A DNA stretch of 64,000 nucleotides, from contig JAWLBL010000001.1 of assembly GCA_041687695.1 (NCBI GenBank), positions 291,461 through 355,460 on the forward strand, read 5' to 3'. Position 1 is the first letter of the stretch. Each line of letters begins with the position of its first letter. The notes under the pieces were generated by a model. It was not told the origin of the DNA. It was given only the letters and a program-made list of their open reading frames with translations, and did not search any database. Positions 1-12,200 of this stretch are shown here, piece by piece. The position numbers were made by a program, and so were the translations under genes. The stretch comes from Myxococcota bacterium (GTDB lineage: Bacteria; Myxococcota_A; UBA9042; PHBI01; JAWLBL01).

Positions 1-266
<266 letters not shown>

Positions 267-272
267 GGCTAG

Positions 273-1982
<1,710 letters not shown>

Positions 1983-2015
1983 TCCGGGCTACCCGCTGAC
2001 CACGCTCATGGCCAC

Positions 2016-2700
2016 CCACGGGTGACCACGAGCGCCCCCACGACGCCCGCGCGGACCCCATCCGCGCGGGCGTCGTCGCGTCCAGCCCGAGCGCCCTCCG
2101 CGCGCCTGCATGGTAACCAGGCGGGCTCCTTCGCACCGGCGCGACTGCGCGCTACCCGGCTGGCCGGTATGTCCGCGCAGACGTGGTCGCGTCGGACCCG
2201 AGCGTCGCCAACGCCTGCCAGGGGACACCACGCGGACGACGTCACGTCCCGTCCGGCCCGGGCGCCCTCTGCACGCCTGCACACGGCACCCCCGCAAGGC
2301 CCTTTCGCTCCGGCGCGACCGCGGCCTCACCACCTGCGCGGTAGGCCCGCGCGACCGTCGTCGCCTCTGGCCCGAGCGTCCTCACCACGCCCGCAAGGTG
2401 ACCAAGGGCGCAGCTCGCCGGCCTGACCGGTGGCCGCCCTCGCAACTCGACGGCCCCGACAGCGGCATACGCGCCAGCCCACAGCTTCCACGCGCCTGCT
2501 GGAAGACGTCCAAAGGAGGACCGCGCCGGCGTCTCGTCACGTCAAGCCCAAGCGCCCGCTGCGCCCCCTCGCGGTACACACGCGGCCCACTGCGCTCTGG
2601 ACCGGGAGCGCGCGCTGCGCGCCTGCACGGTCTCACCGCGCGGGCGTCGTCCCGTCACACCCGAGGGCGGTGCGAGGCACCGCCTCCCACCGCCTCCCGC
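2016..2700. repeat. Degenerate tandem array of ~57-bp units (about 12 copies) in the groEL-mce intergenic region
   Basis: A motif resembling GTCGCGTCYRGCCCGAGCGYCCTC..CRCGCCTGCA recurs at ~2075, 2130, 2186, 2246, 2304, 2360, 2536, 2592 and 2649, with weaker copies near 2016 and 2415-2480. Confidence 0.7.
2040..2076 (+). terminator. Perfect 16-bp GC-rich hairpin after groEL (possible terminator or mRNA-stabilising stem)
   Basis: ACGACGCCCGCGCGGA-cccca-TCCGCGCGGGCGTCGT. There is no U-tract, so an intrinsic terminator role is uncertain. Confidence 0.5.
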
Positions 2701-2838
2701 CAGCCCGTGCACCCGAGGCGTCGGACGTCTTGGACCCTGGCGCGGCCGGCGGACCCCTGGTTGGCCTCGAAAGACGAAGGCCCCGGACAACGGACGAACC
2801 GCCGGCCGAGGCCACCGCTCAAAGACCTTGCGCTCGAC

Positions 2839-3255
2839 TCAACCCTCTTCGAGCAGCTCGAGCAACACGCCCCCGGTCGCCTTGGGGTGAAGGAAGGCGA
2901 CCGGGCACCCTTCGGCTCCTATCTCGGCGGTCCTGGTCACCAGCGCCACGCCCGCCGCGTCGAGCGCGTCGAGCTTGGCCTGGATGTCCGGGACGCCGAG
3001 GCAGAGGTGGTGGATGCCCTGTCCGCGTCGCTCGAGGAAGCGGCTGATCTGCGAGTCGTCACTCATCGGCTCCATGAGCTCGATGAGTGACTCGCCGCAG
3101 GGGATCATCGCGACCCGGAGACCACGCTCGGGGACCTCGATGATCTCTCGAACCTCGAGGCCGAGCCGGTCGCGGTACAGCGGGAGGACGTCCTCGATGC
3201 GCTGTACCGCGATGCCGACGTGGGCGATCTTGTTGGGCGTATTGCCCAGCGCCAT
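2839..3255 (-). CDS. mce: Methylmalonyl-CoA epimerase (VOC/glyoxalase fold)
   Basis: MALGNTPNKIAHVGIAV...IELMEP...FLERRGQGIHHLCL...AFLHPKATGGVLLEL. The ATG at 3255 is 2 bp after the stop of the giant gene. Confidence 0.9.
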   Translation of the reverse strand: MALGNTPNKIAHVGIAVQRIEDVLPLYRDRLGLEVREIIEVPERGLRVAMIPCGESLIELMEPMSDDSQISRFLERRGQGIHHLCLGVPDIQAKLDALDAAGVALVTRTAEIGAEGCPVAFLHPKATGGVLLELLEEG

Positions 3256-3257
3256 CG

Positions 3258-6200
3258 CTAGTAACCCGCCCGGAACCGGATGCTGTAGTTGTTCCCAGCC
3301 GGGCTGGCCGTCCCGTTGCTGCGGTAGACCCGCACGTAGTACTGCGCGTGACCAGCCGGGTAGTGGCAGCACTTCTGGGTCGAAGTGCCGCAGTTGGTGT
3401 TGTACGCGTAGTTCCGGTTGGGAGCCGTGTGGTACGGGGAGTACACGGTCGAGCAATTCCCCAACGTGTGGGTCGTGTAGTCGTCGTACGACGTACGGCC
3501 CGAGCACACCAGAGCAGAGCAGCTGCCGCGATAGATGTCGAACCGGTAGTACGTATCTCCGGTGCTGACGAACGAGGCGTTCATGTGGAACGTCTTGCCG
3601 TAGTCCCACGCGTAGGCGAAGAACGTGTACCAGTCGGAATCGCCCGCCGGGACGATGTTACCGTTCCCGGTGCCTGTGGTCGCCAGGTCACTCCAGAGCG
3701 TGCCGAAGTTCACGGCCGTAGCGCAGGAGTTGCCCTGGCCGTTCCGGTCGTAAGCGTCCGCCTGGACCTCACAGCCGTTCGAGTACACGCCGTCCACGTT
3801 GTACCAGTGGCTGGCGCAGTAGTTGATCTGGCAGCCGGAGCCGCCGGCACAGTAGGCCTGCGCGTTCGGCGGGTTCGGACACAGCGTGGACAGCGCGACC
3901 TCCTGGGTGTCGATGCCGCCGTTGCAGTTGTCGTCGATGCCGTTGCAGATCTCGGGGCGACCCGGGTTGACGTAGTAGTTGCTGTCGTTGCAGTCGCTGG
4001 CGACCGTGGCGCGGTAGTACCCGGTGGCGCCGCAGTGGCACTGCGAGGTGCTGACGCCGTAGCCGTCGCCGTCCACGTCGTAGAAGTACGTCGTGCATCC
4101 CTGAGCGTTCTGCTCGTTGATGGCGCCGTTGCAGTTGTCGTCGTAGGACGTGCTGCACTTCTCGGTGTTGCCCGGGTACATGCCCGCGTTGCTGTCGTTG
4201 CAGTCCGTGGCCCCGCTGTCCGGGGCAGTGTACTTGCCGGTCGGTGCGCACAGGCACTTGCGGTTGGTGCTGACACCGACGCCGTCGCCGTCGTTGTCGT
4301 AGCGGAACCAGGTGCAGTTCAGCGCGTTCTCTTCGTTGGCGACGCCGTTGCAGTTCTCGTCGCCGCCACCGCAGACCTCGGTGGTCGGAAGCACCTGACC
4401 CGAGCAGGTCGAGCTGAGGTTGCCGCCGACGCAGGACCGCGTGCCCGACTTGCACTGGCCCACGCCCGCGGTACCGGCCGGGCCGTCGTAGCAGGTCTCG
4501 GAGTAAGCGCCGTTGTTGGTGTGGCTACATCCGGTCGACGCCGTGCAGGAGTCGATGGTGCAGACGTTGCCGTCGTTGCAGTTCGTCGACGTCCCCGAGC
4601 ACGAGCCACCGGGCTGGCAGGTCTTGGTGCCGTAGTGGACGTTGCTGCTGCAGGACGCCGCCTGACAGGTCTGACCCACGCAGGCCGACGCGTCGCTGAC
4701 CGTCGTCGTCACGCACACGTTGTTCGAGCACGTCGCGTCGACGCGGGAGCCCGAGCAGCCACCGGAGGTCACGCTGTTGCACTTGGGCGCCTCGGCCATG
4801 AAGCCGCAGTGAGAGTTGGTCGCGCAGCAGGCGGCCCCGGCGGACCCGCAGCAGTAGCCGTTGGAGCACTCGCCACCGGAGCACTCGTAGTCAGCCGCGT
4901 TGGCGCTGCACCCCTGGCCGTCCGACTTCTTGGGCAGGCACTCGTTCTTGTTGCCGTCGAGATCGGAGTCGTTCAGGTCGCAGAAGTGACCCGACGCACA
5001 GTCCGAGTGCTGCGTGCAGCTGGTCTTGCACGTCGTGGCGCCACAGGCGTACGGCGCGCAACCCACCGAGCCGCCGTCCACGATGCCGCCGGAGCCGTTA
5101 CACACGTCGGCCGGATAGTGGATGTTGGTCGAAGCGTTGCAGGACGCCGCCACCACCGTGTAGCCAGCCGCGTAGTAGCCGCAGGCGCCGGAGCCGTTGC
5201 ACTGACCGTTCAACCCGCAGGGGCCCTGGTCGGTGCAGAAGTTCTTGGGATCCTGGCCGGATGCGATGGACTTGCAGGCGCCCGACCCGTTGCAGGTCTG
5301 GCAGCCGCCGCAGTGGCTGAGCGGGTCGCTGTTGTTCGGCACGTTCGAGCAGGCGCCGGCGCCGTTGCAGCGCTTGCAGGTGCCGCACGAGGTGGCCGTA
5401 GTCGGGTAGCTGCAGGCGCCGGCGCCGTTGCACACGCCGCCGCAGGTGCCCGTGCCCGTGCACTCGTTGTACGGGTCCTGGCCGGACCCCACCATCTTGC
5501 AGGTGCCCTCGCTGCCGGCTGCCTTGCACGTGGTGCAGGTGCTGTCGCAGGAGGTGTCGCAGCACACGCCGTCACGGGCGTTGCAGAAGCCGCTGGTGCA
5601 CTGGTTGGCCCCGCTGCACGTCGTGCCGTTCGTCTTCTTGGGCTGGCACTGCGTGCCGTCACACCAGAAGCCGGCCTGGCACTGCGAGTCGCTCGAGCAG
5701 GTCGTGGCGCAGGAGGGACCCGTGCCCGTGCAGAAGTACGGCGAGCAGCCCGACTCGGGGTCCGTGCCGGCCGAGTGGTTCACGCAGGTACCGACCGAAC
5801 CGGCCAGGTTGCAGGCGCGGCAGGTGCCGCCGCACGCCTGGTTGCAGCAGACGCCGTCGACGCAGAAGCCGCTCTGGCACTGGTTGGACGCGCTGCAGGC
5901 CACGCCCGGCGCCTTCTTCGGCAAGCAGCTGCCGCCGCTGCAGAAGTAGCCGCTGATGCAGTCCGTGTCACCCGTGCAGCTGGTCTTGCAGTCGGCGCCC
6001 GTGCAGGCGAAGCCACCGCAGAACACGTCGGCCGGGTTCTGGCAGGTGCCAGCGCCGTCGCAGGTGTGGGTCGGATCCACCGTGCCGTTGGTGCAGCTCT
6101 GCGCCACGCACTCGGTGCCGGCCACCCACTTGCGGCAGGCGCCGCCACCGTCGCAGGTGCCGTCGTTGCCGCACGTCGACTGGGCGCTGGTCGCGCACTC

Positions 6201-9200
6201 GTTGAGCGGATCCTGGCCCGCCGCCACGTTCACGCACGACCCGCCGCCGCCGCACACCTGGCACAGGCCGCAGGTGTCGTCGGGGTCGGTGCCCGAGGTC
6301 GCGTAGTTGTTGCAGAAGCCGTCACCGCTGCAGCGCGTGCAGGTCCCGCACGGCGTGGTGCTGGACTTGAAGGTGCACTGGCGGTTGCCGTCGCAGACGC
6401 CGCCGCAGAAGCCCGTGCCGGCGCACTCGTTGTCCGGATCCTGGCCGTTCTGGACCGCGCGGCACTGGCCGACGAAGCCGGCGACGATGCAGCTCTCGCA
6501 CAGACCGCCGCAGCCGCCGTCGCAGCAGACGCCGTCGACGCAGAAGCCGCTGGCGCACTGGCTGTCACGGTCGCAGACGATGCCGTTGCCCTGGTCGGCC
6601 GCGCACTGGCCCGAGGCGTTGCAGAAGGCCGCCTCGATGCAGTCGCTGTCGGCGCCGCAGTCGGTGGCGCACATCGGCTCGGTCTGCACGGCGGCGCCGG
6701 TGCAGTACTCGTCCGGGTACAGCCCGCACTCCTTGGCCTGCGTGGACACGGTGCACGCGGTGTCGTCGGCCACGGTGGTGTTGCCGCAGACGCTGGCGTT
6801 GCAGACGGGATCCTTTCGGTAGCCCTGGCAGGCCGGGATGTCGCTGCAGATGGCAGCTTCGGTGTAGCTGGCCGGGCAGTCCGCCGCGACGGCGCAGCAG
6901 TCGCCACCGGTGCAGCAGAAGCCGTTCTGGCAGTGACCGGTGCCGCAGTCGATGTCCTCGTCGCAGGTCTCGCCGTCGTCGCCCAGCGTCTGGAACGTCA
7001 GGGCGAGCTTGTACTTGCCCCACGAGGTGTCGAGCGCCGCGTCGACCACCGCGAACCAGGTGCCGGCCGCCAGCTGGCGGTCGAGGATCTCGGTACCACC
7101 CGCGCCCGCCGCGTCGACGCAGTGGGTGCTGCCCGGCGCGCAGGACTGGGTGAAGTAGACCGCGGCGTTCCACGGCGCCGTCTGCGGCGGGACGTCCTCG
7201 TCCACGGGCGTCAGGATGGCCGTGACACGCTTCGGCTCGGTGAGCGTGAAGGTGTAGACCGTGTCGTGACCGCCCATGCCCGAGCAGCTGCCCGTCGTCG
7301 AGTTCGCGCGGCACTCGGTGTTGCCGTACAGGGTGTAGGTCGCGTCGTCGGTGAGCACCGGGATGGCGTTGGAGCACTCCTGGCCGGCGCCCGGGTCGTT
7401 GTTCGTCGTCTTGACCCACAGGCTGGCGCCCTGGAGCGTGCCCTGGCCGCCGATCGAGTTGTCGCAGACCTGGACCTTCCACACGCCGTCGGGGTTGATC
7501 CCGCCGAGGGCGCACATGTTGTCGACCGTGTTCGGGTTCGACAGGTCGAAGGTGCTGTGGAAGTCCTGCAGCAGCCCGCCCTGCCCGTCGATGACCGTCA
7601 CGTAGGCATCGTTCGGAGCGTAGACGCGGACGGTGAGGTCCTTGAGGCGGCTGTGCTTGACGTCGAGCTTGACCCAGATGTCGTCGACGTACAGGTCACC
7701 GCTGTTGATGGTCAGGAACTCGGTGACGCACTGGAAGTCCTGGATGGGCGTCGCCAGGTCCAGCGCGTGCTTGACCGCGCAGGTCGGGCAGACCGGCGTG
7801 CAGGTGCCCTCGCCGCCGTTGAGGCCGCCGAGGCAAGCGTCGTTCTGACCGCAGCCACCGTCGCCGGCGTCCATGCTGTGCTTGCCCGAGCACTCGAGGC
7901 CCGCGCAGGACGGCAGCCGGCCGCTGTTGTCACAGGCGCCCTTGAAGTTGTTGCCGGCCGGGTCGCAGACGTCGGTCGAGCAGGTGTTGCCGTCGTTGCA
8001 GGACGGGGCCGCGCCGGCGACGCAGGTGCCCGCGTTGCAGGTCTCGACGCCATCGCAGAACTGGCCGTTGTCGCAGTCCGCGTTCGTCGTGCAGCCGGTG
8101 ACCGGCGGCGGCTCGCTGACCACGAACAGATCCCAGCTCGTCAGCGTGTGGCAGGCTGCGCCGCCCTGGGTCTCCTCGAGGACCAGGAGCCAGTCACCCT
8201 GCAGGTAGGTGCCGTTGAAGTCGTTCATCGAGCCCGCGGCCGGGAGCGAGCCGACGTCGTAGGTGACGGCCATCTCGGTGCGGGTGTCGCCCGGGTCGGC
8301 CTCCTTGAGCACCACGGAGACGCCATTGTGGGCCAGCGTGATCCGCACGCCGCCGAGGTCGGAGCCCTCGCCCGCCACCAGGTGGATCGAGGTCTTCGCG
8401 TCGGCCACCACGTTGAAGCCCGTCGTCGTCTTCGTCAGCGTGACGATGTCGTTGGACGAGTCACAGGCGAACGGCGTCTCGTCCGTCGGCCCGCCGCTGT
8501 CGTCACCCGGCGGGGTGACGCAGGCGCCGGTGGCGTCGCAGACCTGGCCGTTGGTGCAGTCGGTGTCCGACAGGCAGCCGCTGCACGAGGCCTTGGGCGA
8601 GTTCTGGCAGACCGCGCCCGAGCAGAGGTCGTCGGTGCAGGGCCGGCCGTCCCAGCACTGCTCGTGCGCCGCGCACGGCCCGAAGCCCTGCTCGAAGAAC
8701 TTCAGGATGTCGGCCATGATCTGGTCCGGCGTCGAACCGGCCGTGCTCATCCGGCCGAACAGCGCCGTCGTCCCGTAGGTGCGGGACGCGGTGGCGCCGT
8801 CCTCGTGCGCGATGGCGACCGCGTAGTCCTTCACCGCGCCCTTGTTGCGCAGCACCGGTCGCGCCGTGGAGCCGAGGGCGGCGGCGACGGCGTCGACATC
8901 ACCTCGGAAGGCGGCGTCGGTCGTGTAGCTGACCGAGCGCGTGTAGTGGAAGGACACGCCCGTCAGGTTGGCGCTGAGGCCGGCGTTGGGCTCGGTCGGC
9001 ACCAGCCGGAACCGCGAGTGCAGCTGCGTCTGGGCGTCCTCGGCGAAGGTCTTGGAGCCCTCCATGTACACGCGGCCGCCAGCGTCGAGGTACGCCAGGA
9101 CGGGCTGGATCGCGTCGTTGGAGAACACGTGCGTGGTGTTCGCCCCGCCCGCCGTGATGAACAGGCCCTGCACCTTGCTCCAGTCGGCGACCCCGCTGAG

Positions 9201-12200
9201 CAGCGTGACGCGCTGGAAGGTCTTGCTGTTGGCCGCGAGCGACGTGGCGATGGCGTCACCGAGCGTCGGGTCGACCCCGGCCGGCGTCCACACCACGAAG
9301 CCCGAGCCGAGCCCGACCGTGACCTTGAACGGAACGGTCGACGTGAACGCACCGTCCGTGACACGCAGGACCACGTCGTAGGTCCCGATGTGCGACGACT
9401 GGGTCGGCTTCGCGAGGATGCGGGCCTGCCACACGCCGTAGAGATCGAGGCGCGTCGTCGTGTCGATGGTGACGAAGTCCGGGGCGTTGAGCAGTTCGAA
9501 GCTGAGCGTCTGCGTGCTCCACTGGACGTCGTGCGCCCAGAAGAGCTTGTTCTTCGACTCGCCCAGGACCGCCGAGAGCGTGCCGCCGTCGACCAGCTGG
9601 TCGGTCGTGCGGCTGTAGGTCTTGTTGGTCTTGAGGGTCTTGACGAAGAACGGCGCGTTGCCGGCGGCCACGACGAAGTCGTCCACCGAGACGTCGACGT
9701 TCTGCTTCTGGTCGCTGTCCACGCGGAACCCGACGTACACGGCCGACTGCACCAGCATGAAGTTGCTGAGTTCGAACGCGTAGGTCTTGCCGGCGTTGTT
9801 GCCGCTGAGCGAGATGATGCCCAGCGTCTCGGCGCCCGCGTAGTCGTTCGGGTTGGTGGTCGCCAGGACGGTCAGCTTGTGGTTGCCCGGCCCCATCGCC
9901 CAGGCCAGCGAGACCTGGACGCTGACGCTGTCGGCGCCCGACGGGTTGAAGCCCGGGCTGGTCAGGATGGCGTCGGCGCCCACCGAGCCGAGGTTGCCGA
10001 AGCACTCGTAGTGCTCGTCGGGGCCGAGGTAGCCGGCGGTGTCGACGATCCAGCACGGGATGGTCGGCGGGCCGCCCACGCAGTTGGCGTCGGGGGTGCC
10101 CGTGCAGCCGCCACCCGAGCACACGTCGTTCGTCGTGCACGAGATGCCGTCGTCGCAGGCGCCGCCCTCGTTCGCCGCGATGGCGACGCACGCGTCGAGC
10201 GACGTGTCGCACACGCCCAGCTGGCAGGACGTGGTCAGCGCCGAGCAGTCACGGTACTCGCCGATGCAGACGCCGGCCTGGCACGTGGCGTTGTCGGTGC
10301 AGGTCTTGCCGTCGTCGCACGGCGTGCCGTCCGCCTTGCCGTCGCAGACCGTCGCGCAGGCCCCCGGCGTGCCGACGCACTCGCCGGCGTTGCACATGTC
10401 ACCCGTCGTGCAGGTGTCGCCGTCGCTGCAGGACTTGCCCTGGTTGGCGGCCGCGCCCTCGCAGGCGCCGGTCCCCGGGTTGCAGACGCCGGTGGTGCAA
10501 GCGGTGTTGAACGCCGAGCAGGACTTCTGCGGACCGACGCAGGCGCCCGCCTGGCAGACGGTGTTCACCGTGCACGGATCCGAGTCGACGCAGGCCAGGC
10601 CGTCGGTGCCCGGGCCGCACTGCGTGTTGTTGGCGCAGGCCGGATCCTGGCTGCCGTAGCAGGTGCCGCCCCAGCAGGTGTCCTCGGTGGTGCAGGACAC
10701 GCCGTCGTCGCAGGCGCCGCCCTCGTTCGCGGCCGCGGCCTCGCAGGCGCCGGTCGTGCTGTTGCAGACGCCGACGCTGCAGGTGTCGCCGTAGGCGGAG
10801 CAGTCCTTGGTCGCGCCGACGCAAGCGCCAGCCTGGCAGGTCGTGTTGACCGTGCACGGGTTGCCGTCCCAGCAGGGGGTGCCGTTGGTCGCCGTCGCGC
10901 AGTCTGTCGCTACGCAGGTCGGGTCCAGCGCGCCGACGCACTCGCCCTCGTGGCAGAAGGTCTCCTGACCGGCGCAGGGCTCGTCGTGACTGCACGCCGT
11001 GCCATTGTTCGCCGCGGCCGTCGTGCACTGGCCGGTCGCGCCGTCGCAGACGCCGACGGCGCAGGCCGAGTCCAGCTGCGAGCAGCTCTTGGCCGTGCCG
11101 ACGCAGGCGCCGGCCACGCACTGGTCGCCCGTGGTGCACAGGCTGCCGTCCTCGCACGGGGTGCCGTCCGCGGCGCCCTCGCACGGGTTGACGGTGCCCT
11201 GGTTCGCGCAGGTCGGGCTGACCGGGCCGGTGCACTCGCCGTCGAGGCAGGTATCGGGCGAGGTGCAGGTCACCTGGTCGTTGCAGCTGGCGCCGTTGTT
11301 GGCGGGCGCCGACTTGCAGACACCCGTCGCCGGGTCGCAAGAACCGGTGTTGCAGCTGTCGCCGGCCGCAGAGCAGTTCTTGGCCGTGCCGACGCACGCG
11401 CCGTTCGAGCACACGTCGTTGATGGTGCAGGGCTTGGCGTCGTTGCAGGCCATGCCGTTGGTGCCGGCCCCGCATGCCGTGTTGTTCGCGCACTCGGGGT
11501 TGTTGCTGCCGTAGCAGCTGCCGGCGGTGCAGGTGTCGTTCGACGTGCAGGACACGCCGTCGTCACAGGCGCCGCCCTCGTTCGCCGGCTGGACCGTGCA
11601 GGCGCCGGTGGCCGTGTTGCAGACCCCCTCGTTGCAGCCGTCACCGAAGGCGGAGCAGTCCTTGGACGAGCCGGTGCAGACGCCGGCCTGGCAGCTGTCG
11701 TCCAGCGTGCAGGGGTTGCCGTCGTCGCAGGCGGTGCCGGCCGCGGCCGTCGCGCAGTTCACCTGGCCGCAGACCGAGTTGTAGGTGCCGCCGACGCACA
11801 CGCCCGACTGGCACTTGTCGCCCGTCGTGCAGGCGTTGCCGTCGCTGCAGGACCCGCCCTGGTTGGCGGGCTGCTGCACGCACTGGCCGGTCGCCGCGTT
11901 GCACACACCCGTGGCGCAGGTGTCGTCGAGGTGCGAGCAGGTCTTCGCCGAGCCCTGGCAGACGCCCGCCACGCACGCGTCGTCCTGGGTGCAGAGGTCG
12001 CCGTCGTCGCAGGCGGTGCCGTCCGCCTTGCCGGCGCACGGGTTCACCTCTTCCTGGCTGACGCAGCTCGCCAGTGTCGGGCCGTCGCAGATTCCGTCGC
12101 TGCAGGTGTCGGGCCCGGTGCACGCCGACTGGTCGTCGCAGCTGATGCCGTTCGTCTTCGGCTGCGTGACGCAGGCGCCGGTGGCCGCGTCGCACACGCC

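Noticed and set aside
2016..2700. Degenerate CRISPR array or short repeat-protein ORFs (e.g. 2022-2426)
   Set aside because: The repeats are too divergent, the intervening parts are related to each other, and there is no GAAAC-like end or cas gene. The ORFs lack an RBS and protein-like composition. Kept only as a non-coding array.
3258..3760. Diversity-generating retroelement target at the tip of the giant protein
   Set aside because: No reverse transcriptase and no template-repeat copy of this region were seen in the window.
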